Source: Hydrurus foetidus | Lineage: Eukaryota | Length of the DNA: 64,000 nt | NCBI GenBank assembly: GCA_900617105.1 | Contig: UYFQ01000335.1 | Location: forward strand, 1-64,000 | Reading direction: 5' to 3' | Shown here: one piece after another, positions 1-10,508 of the stretch | Numbering within the stretch: position 1 is the stretch's first letter | Layout of the letters: every line of letters starts with the position of its first letter | Translations under genes and position numbers: made by a program | Notes under the pieces: generated by a model | What the model was told of the DNA's origin: nothing | The model's input: only the letters and a program-made list of their open reading frames with translations | Database searches by the model: none

Positions 1-578
1 TGTTCCGTCGCGATTCTCTGATGTTGTAGGCTCTGAGTATCCTGATTGGTTGTGCCTCGTTGGGATTTGCTCATGGCGATGGGCACGCGTCGCGAGCCAA
101 TCGCCATTGGGTAGAGTCTAACGACGTGGAGCATGTTGTAGAGAGCTTTGAATCGCTTGTTAGATCCCACAGTCGTTGTGGAGATGTGGTTTTGCTTGAT
201 GCTATCCATTTCTGAAGAGGTCGTCAGAACGAGATCGAGTTTTAGCCGTTTGAGCTCCAAAACGGATTCCAAAGCGGCATTATATGAAAGCCGACTTGCT
301 GAAACTTCTGCCAAAGTTTGGCGCGGTGGCGTGGCTTCCTCTGCATGGGAGCCTCGTCGAGGTCGGTTTGGTGTGGAGAGATTTTGCCGATTTGCCGTCG
401 AGCTGGTGACCAAATTTTGAGTTTGGGCTCTTATGGCCTCGGCGACACGTTGATCGAACTCCGCGAGGGTCATGGAGAGCATGCGCGGCAGCTGGGCTCG
501 GCAGGGAGTCTCTAGCCCAGTTGGGTCATGGTATTCCTCGTTGTTTTGGTCTGTGTTGTCGGACGATCGTAGCATCAT
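1..578 (-). CDS. Putative Gag N-terminus of family-A retrotransposon (partial, no stop in window)
   Basis: Manual translation from ATG at 578 (MMLRSSDNTDQNNEEYHDPTGLETPCRAQLPRMLSMTLAEFDQRVAEAIRAQ...) is open to base 1. It starts ~80 nt after the PBS. Gag identity is inferred from position only. Confidence 0.65.
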   Translation of the reverse strand, partial: MMLRSSDNTDQNNEEYHDPTGLETPCRAQLPRMLSMTLAEFDQRVAEAIRAQTQNLVTSSTANRQNLSTPNRPRRGSHAEEATPPRQTLAEVSASRLSYNAALESVLELKRLKLDLVLTTSSEMDSIKQNHISTTTVGSNKRFKALYNMLHVVRLYPMAIGSRRVPIAMSKSQRGTTNQDTQSLQHQRIATE

Positions 579-657
579 GGCCGACTTGAGATATCTGTTG
601 TGTTGAGATACCGTTGATATATTGATACTATATCGATGATTGCTGAACTTTCTATGC

Positions 658-668
658 AATCGCTACCA
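658..668 (-). promoter_or_regulatory. Primer binding site, likely tRNA-iMet
   Basis: + strand AATCGCTACCA reads as a tRNA 3' end with CCA and a ...GCTA-CCA acceptor typical of initiator tRNA. It lies 2 nt from the LTR end. Confidence 0.75.
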
Positions 669-670
669 TG

Positions 671-1174
671 TGTCAGACTCTGGAGTGAAGCGAGCTACCT
701 GTTGGCTGCGGAAGCGCAAAGGAAAGACTGGCTGATGGAAGTGGTCTCGGAAGACGTGTTTACTTACAACGATCAAGTAGTAAAACAACTGGCGATGATA
801 TCAGAGAAGACAACCATCAAAGAAGCAAAGCAAAGCATCCATTGTGCATGAAATGGTGATCGCCGAAGTGGAAATATATTCAGCGAATATTCAAGTTGGC
901 GATTGAGCAATGGGCGGAACCCTCGCTGCTCATTAAATCGGATGCTTGGTGGAAACCGGATACCTGGTGGAAAGCCGGATGCTTGGTGGTGAAAAACCGG
1001 ATGCTTGGTGATCGCCCCGAAGGGGGATATCGCTAGAAGAACGATGAGCGTATGTACACAACAGTGTATGGCGGTGTTTTGGGTGAGGAAGCGCTACACT
1101 ACTTGTGACATGTGAATGCTAATCTACAGATGAAACTATGCTAACAGATCATGCATGAATATGCTGGACTGACA
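671..1174 (-). repeat. Family-A LTR (504 bp) with four internal ~18-21 bp tandem units (CCGGATGCTTGGTG-like, 935-1010)
   Basis: TG...CA ends with a 6-bp inverted repeat; 901-1174 is repeated at 3464-3737. Confidence 0.85.
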
Positions 1175-2795
1175 ATATGGTCAAAACACAGCTGTTGCAA
1201 CCAGCGCCGGGCGACCATCTCTGTTCATAAAGAATAGCTTAGTTGCTTTGAAGAAGGATTTGAACAGTGAAGTCTATAACGTGAAAAAGGCAGATTTCAT
1301 CACCAGCTTAGATAATACGCGTATTGAAGTAGTCAAAGCGTTGACAAACATAGCGACCTGTTCTATTGCTCCAGTATCTCGCCGCTCTCTGGGGCGATAC
1401 ATGAACAGTCTGGATATCAAACTTGGGAATGCGGAGCAGACAACCGACGCCCGGGCAAAAGCTACTGCAGACAAAATCAATGCAATTTCTGTTGCAGCAG
1501 CTCATTACCTTATGATGCCGCTCACAGACCCGCACATTTCAATCAATGCGGATGGTACATCATACCAGACTGGGGGTGCATTGACGGATCAAGTCACAGT
1601 TGTCTATGACCCGGACGAGCAGGCCAAGAGAGGTAGTCCGCTGAAGGTGCTGCCTGTGAAAGGATCTTCTTTGACAGCATTTTTCGTCAAATTCTACTTG
1701 TGCATGAATGCAACTGGAACTACTGCTCCCCCTATCTATATTGTGTCCGACGTCAACATGAAGGAGGGCGAGATCGATCACTACGAAATTCCTGGGCTTG
1801 GTATAGGCACTGAAGTAGACAGCTCTGGGTATATTGTATTTGCCAAAACTCGATCTGTGAATGAGTCTTTTTATCGCTGGTGGTTTCACTCTATCTATGT
1901 TCCTTTCTTATTGAAATTAAGAAAAAGATATGAGTTGAATGACGACATCCCTTCATACTTCACATTGGATGGGGAAGACGTCCAAATCAAACCGATGCAG
2001 TCAACTGAGGTGAGATTAGCTTGCAATGAGCTGAACATTGTGATTGGCAAACCTCCAGCCTCGACAACGTCAATCACTCAACCTTGTGATGCTGGCAAGT
2101 GCTTCCTCGCATAAAAGACGAAAAAGAAGCACCTCAAAACGGTTCAAGAAATACTGGATGTGGTTATGACAAACCGTATTAAGAAAATTATCAAATGTCA
2201 TGAAGCGAAAGTGGGCAAGACACTGCCAGCTCATCATGTAAAAGGCATTTATGAAGGAGTCCAAACTGTGCAATATATTATCTCTACAACCATGAGGAAG
2301 GATATAATCACACAGTCATTTGAGATAGTTGGACAGTATGATCGCAAGATAGGTGGGTGTGACGTGGAACAAATATTGAAACAATGCAAGACACACTTCA
2401 CAACAGATGAGATAACGAGAGTTTGGGAGCATTTGCCAAGGTTATGCAACATATTAAAAACGAAGGGTGAAATACAGGAAAAAGATTATTTACCCCTGGA
2501 GATTGGAGTCATCGAGCACGGACGATCTCGCGACGATCTTGTCCTGAATCGCCGGAGATTCCTATTCCTCACTAATGCTGCTTTCATCGCAGGCGAGGAC
2601 AAAAAGAGGGTGGACAAGCTAGCTCTCGCAGAAGATAAAAAGGAGAAGGCAGTAAAAAGAAAGGCTGCGGCCGAGGAGCGAAAGTTGCAGCCACAAGCCG
2701 CGAAGAGGGCGAAGAAGAATCCCGTCGCTATCGCCCCAGATGATGCTGCTGCTGCTGCTGCTGATGATGATGTCGATGATGATGATGATATCTAG
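1175..2795 (+). pseudogene. T1 transposase (N-terminally interrupted, one in-frame TAA at 2112-2114)
   Basis: GRP motif (AGRPSLF) upstream of ORF 1248. Triad INADGT / TLDGE / QPCD with 39 residues between D2 and D3. ORFs 1248-2114 and 2160-2795 are in one frame. Basic coiled-coil and acidic tail. Confidence 0.85.
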
Positions 2796-2817
2796 TAGTG
2801 CAATGCAGATTTGCACG

Positions 2818-3336
2818 TTAAGACCAGTATACGTATGGTTCTTCAATGTATGGTAAAAAATCTGGAAATGACTCATCGTGTAGAAAAAGTTGCGGCTGTA
2901 GCCGTTCTGCATAGCGTTTTAAACTTCTTCGCGGAACTTTAACAGCCCTTCCATCATCTTCAATCTCTTCCACTATTGGGGGTAATCTTCTTATGCGAGT
3001 TGCAGCGTACTCGTCGCTGATTGATCTATTAAGGACCTTGACATCCGAGTGAGCATTATCACGAATTGTCGTACCGATATTTTCGTGGCTGATTGTGTCA
3101 AGAACTCGCGGCCGCCCGCTCTTTAATCGTAATGGCATACCCTTGAGGTGTCAAACGACCATTTTATGAAGATTTTTCCTGCTAAACGAACACCTCTTGG
3201 CGATACTTGCAATCGTTTCCGATTTCGAAATTACCAACTGAACCATATGGCACTTTTGCTCCAACGTTGGCTTCGCGACTCCAAAGTTACATCCCAACAG
3301 TGGATCAGGACCGCCCGGAGTTGCAGCATCGCTCAT
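2818..3336 (-). pseudogene. T1 ORF2: HTH/GRP DNA-binding-domain-only protein (~172 codons, one in-frame TGA at 3151-3153)
   Basis: ORFs 3151-3336 and 2818-3138 join in frame (KMVV*HLKGMPLRLKSGRPRVL). HTH-like TIASIAKRCSFSRKNLHKMV. SGRP...VPRRSLKRY parallels AGRP...VSRRSLGRY of the T1 transposase. Confidence 0.7.
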
Positions 3337-3463
3337 GCTGATTTTTGTTGACAGCTGTCAAGACTGTGAAATGAGATATTTGTGTAGGTGAGGAGTTGAC
3401 TTAAGATACACATCATTCATACGTCGCTGTTTGCGCCCCGTCGCCAATTGTGCCCCCCACTGG

Positions 3464-3737
3464 GATTGAGCAATGGGCGGAACCCTCGCTGCTCATTAAA
3501 TCGGATGCTTGGTGGAAACCGGATACCTGGTGGAAAGCCGGATGCTTGGTGGTGAAAAACCGGATGCTTGGTGATCGCCCCGAAGGGGGATATCGCTAGA
3601 AGAACGATGAGCGTATGTACACAACAGTGTATGGCGGTGTTTTGGGTGAGGAAGCGCTACACTACTTGTGACATGTGAATGCTAATCTACAGATGAAACT
3701 ATGCTAACAGATCATGCATGAATATGCTGGACTGACA
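3464..3737 (-). repeat. Second family-A LTR fragment (274 bp), cut by the T1 terminus
   Basis: Appears identical to 901-1174 by eye and ends in the same CTGACA terminus. Confidence 0.9.
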
Positions 3738-5148
3738 AGCGCAGCTCAAAACTCATGCTAAAATCACTGCGGAAGGCGATCCCAGAAATTTGTTTAGTAT
3801 GGCGGTAATGAACAAGGCCTTCAGTGGAAAGCTGCATTCATCCATGATTATCAATCGGGATTTCTCCAGACAAGGATGATATGTGCGTATACTTGAAGGG
3901 TAAAGATGTGGGACCTCTCACTTCAGAGAGCGGTGGTGGCACTTATTTATCGGTCAAGCACTACCACCTTCATAACGCGAATGGAACTATGGCGCCACCG
4001 GTCTTCATCATTGCCGACGATTCGGTTGATGCAGAATCCTTTGCTTGGCACGACATACCAGAATTGTCGACGAGCACAGATGTAAATGGACACGCTTATC
4101 TGTGCGTCTGCAGGACCCGCAATGCGAATGGTTATTTTACCGATGGTTCGGTACCTTTATCGTAGCGCCTTTTATCATCGATGTTCGCGCCCGGTCGAAA
4201 GCCAAATATCCTGATGGTACGTCTATGCGTGCGTTCGTTACCTGTGATGGGGAACAGGAATAGATCAGAGTCTTCCAGGAAGAGGACATGCTCAGTGTTT
4301 TTAAGAACGCGCTCATTGACTTTGGGAAGATCGCCGCCTCCTGCAGCGGAATCCATCAGTGATCGGACGTAAGTCCACTCTTCTGCGCGATCAAGAAAAA
4401 GATACAGTCTGTAGAGACTACTAAATACAAGAGCCCGTTAATGAGCGAAGCATTGAAGGAGGTGTTGCGCGGGTGTGGCTACTCAAGTGCGATGAAGACA
4501 AAGATCAGTGATTTAATTCAAAAGATAGTGAAGACAATCAGATCGGTGATGACAGCAGAGATGATTATCACAGGCTACGAGCGAACAGGGCAGTATCCAG
4601 TGGATTTCGCAAGAACACTGCGTCAGACTACATACACATTCAGCATCAAACAGTGGTCTTCTATGACTAATGCCGTGGACGACGCTGTGGCCATCTTCCG
4701 CGCAAGGGGTGCGCTTACAGAGGACGAGATGGACGCCTTGTAAATCCCGAGCGTGAACGAGGAACAGGCCAACCAACGTCCGAAAGATCAGCGTATGCTC
4801 CACCAGCAGCGCGCCGTCATCATGAATTCTGTTGACTGCATCGCGAAGTACAAGAATCTTTACGAGAACAAAGAATTAGCAGTGATCGAAAAAGTTACCG
4901 CGAAACAGCTCAGAGAAGAGGCAAGGGACGCGGCGAAGGAGATAAAGGAGAAGAAGAAGATTGAAAGAGATGCTTTCAACAACCTGACTGCCGCCGAGAA
5001 GAAGGTTATTCGTAAATCCAAAAGGGATGCAGCTGCCGCCGCGAAGGTACTAACTGCCCTCGTCGCCGCAGAGGGACAGGCCAATGCCAGTGAAAGCGAC
5101 AATGATCTCGATATCTTTGCCGATGAAGACCTGTATGACTGCAATTAA
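3738..5148 (+). pseudogene. T2 transposase pseudogene
   Basis: AQLKTHAKITAEGDPRN..IINRD, NANGTMAPPVFII, FYRWF, TCDGEQE*I...IHQ*SD parallel T1 motifs. Several stops and frameshifts. Confidence 0.8.
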
Positions 5149-5632
5149 TTTGGCAGAGTTAAGTTACATATCTGTGATTTGAATTTGTCATCGATGTTAA
5201 TTAAGATGTGAGGTGTGATTTCCTATCAATGAATTTTGACGACGCTACTCTACAGACGAATTCAGGTGCCGCAAATTTTACTTCCTAAGCTGTGTTCACC
5301 TACTGTATCAATATCAGCTCCGATCAAATGCCAATCAACGGGCCACTCGCTGCGTCGGGGAGACTCGAATTCCTCTGTCGGCTGCTTGAGGTCTGCATGC
5401 ACCGCTGACGTCGCTTAACAACAGTTAAAAATTGGGCTGCTGCGAGAGCAAGTCCCAAATGGCGCCGACTTCGCTGCTGATCGAACTCATATTCATAGAG
5501 GTTAATGCAAAATTTCGCTTTGAAATATGTCATGTCTAGAGAGAATTTCAACTTTCCAAGCTCTCTCGCCAGTAAAAAAATTGGAAGGGCACAACCGCGT
5601 ATTTACCGAAACTGCGTTATTTCCACCACTGG
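3738..5632 (+). mobile_element. DNA transposon T2 (related DD39D family), 3' part, degenerate
   Basis: Transposase remnant. The terminus (minus strand) CCAGTGGTGGAAATAACGCAGTTTCGGTAAATACGCGGTT shares CCAGTGG with T1. Confidence 0.7.
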
Positions 5633-5644
5633 TATAGTACACAG

Positions 5645-6011
5645 TGTCGTAGTACCAGGTTTCAGTTTCGAATTAATGGACAACTATATCCTTCCTGGGT
5701 GCGTGCTCCTTCCGCAACTTCAACACATGCGCTAGCTGCTTGTCCGGGCTCAAAGACGAAGCTCTGCTGGTGTGAGATTTAAGGTAATTAACGATGCAAC
5801 ATTGCTTACATCGTTCATGGAGACAGTCGACAAATTCGATCTGTCCTGCACAGTCAAACATGGTGCACTTTCATCTTTTTGATGTTCCTGGGTTAAAGGA
5901 ACCTGGACCGGTGGAGTAGCGACCCCCACTCAGCACACGACGTAAGAAGTGTCATCAAATATACATACGTAATAACTTATACAGTTACTTAGCTCATTCG
6001 TTATTCCGACA
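5645..6011 (-). repeat. Copia 3' LTR (367 bp)
   Basis: Direct repeat of 11610-11964 + 12284-12295. Confidence 0.95.
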
Positions 6012-6637
6012 CACCCCTATGGCGTGAGTCGTCGGGTTTGTGTACGCGAATGAAAACGCAATAGGATTCAAAAATGCTTCGTTTACTTGGAGTTTCACGA
6101 ATGGTGTATCATAACATGATTTTATATTGTAGGGAAGTAGGGTAATAGTGAGGTTGACCTTAATTGTGACGTTAGATAATTTATTGCACGCAGGGTAATT
6201 TTAGTATCATAAGGTCTGACTGATCCGAATGAGCATAGAGTTAAACAATGCTAAAAAGACTTTATGTAACACGCAAAAGAATGCACTTAAAATAATTTTC
6301 TGACTGCTGATACTATCTGATTCCGGAATCGGGTCTTGGGTCTGGGTCCACGGTCCTCGCTCTTTATGTCTCTGTCAGGGTTTTCTTGAGTCGCACTTGA
6401 TGGGGTAGGAGTAAATGGTGGAGGGCGGTAGCAGGAATGATGGAGTCTTGGTATCTTGAGTGGTCAGTCTTCGTCATGACGCGCACTGATGGGGTAGTAG
6501 AGTCGGATGTGAGGGCAGTAGGAATGACGGAGTCTTGGGGTCTTGGGTGTTCAGTCTTCAGCTGAAGCGGACAGCGGCGTTGTAGAAGGGTAAGACGCAG
6601 GGGGTAGCAGGTCAGATGGAGTCTTCGTCGGTAGGTG

Positions 6638-9600
6638 TCAATTCTTCTTGAACGTAGGGTATGGAAATTGTGGGTTGGATTTTGTGCGTACGGGTGTCGG
6701 CACGGAGTCCGTACGGTCCTCAATCTTGCAGCCTTCTGCGTACGTGAGGGTAGTTGGTGTAGTGTTAAGTAGCTCCTTCCTGAGCTTCTTGAACAATTCC
6801 CCCTGTAGTGGTTTAGTTAGAATATCTGCAATCATGTCAGTAGTAGAAAAATACACAATATCAATATAGCCTGTGGTGATCCTATCGTACAGGAAAAAGT
6901 ATCGAATGTCAGCATGACGCGTCCGTTCGCTGTTCGAACGACCGTTACGCATGAGTTGTATCGTGGACTGATTGTCCTGATACATGAGCGCCGGAGGTTG
7001 AGGGTGTCCTTGGCGTTCTCGGAAGTTCCTAGTCCACAGCACTTGGTTGGAGGCGTCGCTGAGTGCGACCAACTCTGCCTCCGTGCTCGACTTTGTCATC
7101 AGTCGCTGGGTTTGTCTCTTAGTGTAGATCGCCCCCTTTCCCAGGGTGATCACGCAGCCTGTGTGACTTTTCATATCGGGATGTATAGCGAAGGATGCAT
7201 CGATGTATGCAATAACATGGATAGGTTCAGACACTTCAAAAGTTATACCCATGTGTTGAGTGCCTCGTACGTACTGTACCGTGCGGGTCAACTTGTCATA
7301 GTCGTCCCTCTGGGGCTTCAGTACTCTCTTGGTTAGGAACGCCACGGCTGTCAGGATGTCTGGCCTCGTCCGCTTACTCAAGTAGAGTAGCTTCGCTGTA
7401 ATAGAATGGAAACGCCCACGCAAATTATCAGGTAAGTATGAGTCAGATTCAGCAGGTGTAGTAAATAGGTTTGGCCGTGCGGGTGTGGTAGCCGTGCCCG
7501 GCATATCCCCGCACCCCTCAATGAGATCTTGTACAAATCCCTCCATTGTCATCTTGACCTTTCCTTCCTTGTTGAAGTCGAAGGTCATACTTATGTAATT
7601 TAAAACTTTTCCTCTGTGTTTCGTTAAACCGGGATATATAGTTTCAATTTGATTTATAACATCATCCACACGAGATTCAGATGAAGCAGTGATAATCATA
7701 TTATCAACGTGAATTACGAGTGAGGTTTGTGTGTTATCCGGTTCAGTTCGGTTGAATACGCCGATATCATATTCATTAGCAGTATAATTGAATTTAATCA
7801 AATCACTGGATAGTTTGTCATACCACAATTTAGCAGGCTCAACACATCCATATAATGCCTTCTTAAGTTTAACAATACATGTTCCATTGTTATTAATGTA
7901 TTTGTTATATGTTGCATCAATTTTAATTAGTGCAGCAGTCAGTTCTTCATTCAAACGCATGTATACAAGATGGTCACCGGTCAGCGGCATATCGCTGTTT
8001 AGGAATGCACCTGGGAAGTTAACAGTGGCAACAGCGCGTTTCTATCTAGCAGCAATTGCAGTCAGTATGAATACACTTGATGTGCTAGCAGTAGGTGAGG
8101 CGCCGTTATTATAAACATCTCTATCTTGTAAGTGCCCACTGGCTACTAGTCTAGATTTCAGTTTTTCAAACATACCATCAGCAGTGTACTTTTCTTTTAA
8201 AAACATGCTACTAGATATGATGGTGCGTTTTTGTTGTGGGGTGAGGGATTCATAAGTTACACCTTCCCAAACATTCTTATCACACATTGGATGGAGTCAA
8301 CAGCTATCACCCCTGACTTATTAATTCCTTCATTAACAGTCATTTTATACAGGTGAGTGTGATTATAAAACAGATTCCCAACATATTTCTTATCCTATTT
8401 GCCAAGTTGGTGATTTCTACCACTTCTACGCAACGTGGGTGAGTTAATAACAGGTGGGTCATATGCAGTGTCTATTGTGGTGTCAGGTGAGGTGAATACT
8501 TCAGGGTGTACAGTTACATCAGCGAAGTCATCTTCATCATCACTTATACCAAATATGTCATCTATCAGTGCTTGATCGTATTTGGGTGTGGATACATATG
8601 TATCATCATGTGTGTTGTCATAAAATAGTCCGTCATTGTCGTATGTAGTGTCACTCACATATAGTGTGTCATCTACATACTCATTTAATGTAGGTGGGTG
8701 ATTTTCATCAAACATATCGAGTTGTGATTCAAGATGTGTTTCGTTATCATTGTGATCGTAATCTTCAATAATCTCATCGGTGTAATCTGCGTTAGCATTT
8801 TCATCGACAGTTTCATATTCAACATCACCAATGTAAGCACTATCATCTTCAACATCGTCATCATCATCGAATACAATGTGACTACTATTCTCAAATACAG
8901 GCTGTTTAACATTGGCAGTTTTCCTCTTTAAAGCTAGTACATTCAGGTGTAATATCACTTCATCAGGCATAGGTAGTACAGTCGCTTTAGTACGTTTAAC
9001 AATACGTTCGTTAGCTAATAGCATATAGTACCATGACCCTCCTAGATTACCGGAGCTCATAAGTGCTATGGCCCCGGCTGTTCTTGGTTTGGTAGAGTTA
9101 TCAATGACATCGTTATGCACTTGAACGTAATCACCAAAACCATGTTTAATCTCATTGTCTACATCTAACTTTCTTCCAGTTAATTTCTCTCGCGGGCTGA
9201 TGTGATTGAGTGAGTTACGTGTGGGGGCTAATGCAATTCGGCTGACTGCATACTTAACTAGCCACACTTCTAATTTCTCATTTAATGAGAATGGTAGAGA
9301 ATTAACTACTGATGTGACTCTCTCCTTTATGCGCCGAATCTTACGCTCGACTACGGCTACGGCTTCTCCGGCTCCAGTAACGTCTAATACTATACCTCTT
9401 AAATCAACTTTGTTGTGGAACCATTCCGTGTTAATAGCACCCTCGCCATCTACTCGGATCATCTTAACTCTGAATCTGTACTTTACCATCCTTGCTAATG
9501 AATTCTTTAAACTATTCCATATGCTCTTATGCTCTCGGTTAGCTAACTTACTAACGTATAGGAACTCTATAGGCTGCACGACTGATACTAGGTAAGGTAC

Positions 9601-10508
9601 CTGATTGACAAACATTATATCTACGTACATAATCTGTTCTGTCTTGTATTCTATACCTATCAGCGGTAATTTCTCTTCTAACTTGGCCTGGTGACTAGTG
9701 GTCTTCCCCTTAAGGGATCCCACGTCTGGTCCCCATATATCAATCGCTCTGTGTACGTCTCGCGCAGTCACTTTGCTATTAGTCAAATTCCCTTGGGATA
9801 TCAACTTGATAGTCTGTGCTGCCCCAGCGTAGCCTAGTCTACGCTGATAGTCTCTAGCTAACGATGCGTCTCTGACTTCTCTTACAGTATATTTCTGCTT
9901 ATTCTGTTCTACTGTCGTAACTAACATTAGCATGCATTTTGTTACCATAGTGTCAAGATCGCATTGGTATATATTCATAGTCTCATCTCGTGAGAATCTA
10001 TAAAAATATTTCCCGCTGACATCTTGTACTATGTAACAATCATGGTCATGTAAGTACTTAACATCAGTACAGTCACGTACAGCATTACCGAAAGATAGTA
10101 TGTTACCAGCACAGTCAGGGCTATAATACACGTTGCCGAACGCCGACACCCCACGTTCCTTGATTATTAGCGATTTTCCTTTCGGATTCACCCGCTAACG
10201 ATCATAGGTGTGGGTGCGTGTTCGACATTATACAGCAGGGATGAGTCGTTGAAAACAGACTCACCAGCACATGTATCTAGCAATATGTGACGTTTTCTAA
10301 TTACGTTATATACATTACATGTATTAGCACTAAAAACAATATGATCGCATGTTTCAATTTCGCTAGTGGAATCAGCCAAACATGGAGGATCGGTGTGTGT
10401 GTATATGAGTGTGTGTGGGAATATAAGTGCAGGTGTATGTACAGATGGGGAATAATGTAACTTCCTTAGTTTGACGACTTTCCACTGGGCGCTGATGCAC
10501 CCGCTTGG
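6638..10508 (-). pseudogene. Copia pol (protease, integrase, RT, RNase H), disrupted
   Basis: PR LLDTCAG. IN YVDIMF/RVDGEG/VVERKI. RT LKKALYG, HVDN (normally VDD). RH YIDASF, SSTEAELVA, ADILTKPL. Stops at 8395 and 8042; frameshifts near 10190 and 8290. Confidence 0.93.

Larger units (their letters stand above)
1..1174 (-). mobile_element. LTR retrotransposon family A, 5' portion (5' LTR + PBS + start of gag-like ORF); continues beyond the window start
   Basis: LTR 671-1174 is bounded by the inverted termini TGTCAG...CTGACA. It is followed on the minus strand by a 2-nt gap, TGGTAGCGATT, and an ORF running off the window. Superfamily (copia vs gypsy) cannot be determined here. Confidence 0.85.
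1175..3463 (+). mobile_element. DNA transposon T1 (pogo/IS630-Tc1-mariner-like, DD39D), 3' part; 5' part displaced by retrotransposon A
   Basis: Transposase remnant plus a convergent ORF2. The terminus reads CCAGTGGGGGGCACAATTGGCGACGGGGCGCAAACAGCGAC on the minus strand and coincides exactly with the break in the second family-A LTR. Confidence 0.75.

Noticed and set aside
935..1010. Short repeated units resembling a mini CRISPR array (also 3498-3573)
   Set aside because: Units are tandem with no unique spacers and lie inside an LTR; no cas genes.
901..3737. 274-bp direct repeats flanking a transposase, read as one LTR-bounded or composite element
   Set aside because: No shared TSD. The first repeat is part of a longer 504-bp LTR with its own PBS, and both repeats interrupt transposase frames, so nesting explains it better.
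2112..4743. In-frame TAA/TAG/TGA in transposon genes as an alternative genetic code or readthrough
   Set aside because: Host genes terminate at TAA, TAG and TGA normally. The same elements also have frameshifts, and most stops are one substitution from expected codons.
5149..5625. A T2 counterpart of T1 ORF2
   Set aside because: The minus-strand translations examined show no HTH/GRP similarity.
5673..5861. Identical 62-aa ORF duplicated at 11638-11826
   Set aside because: Simply lies within the two LTRs; no coding evidence.
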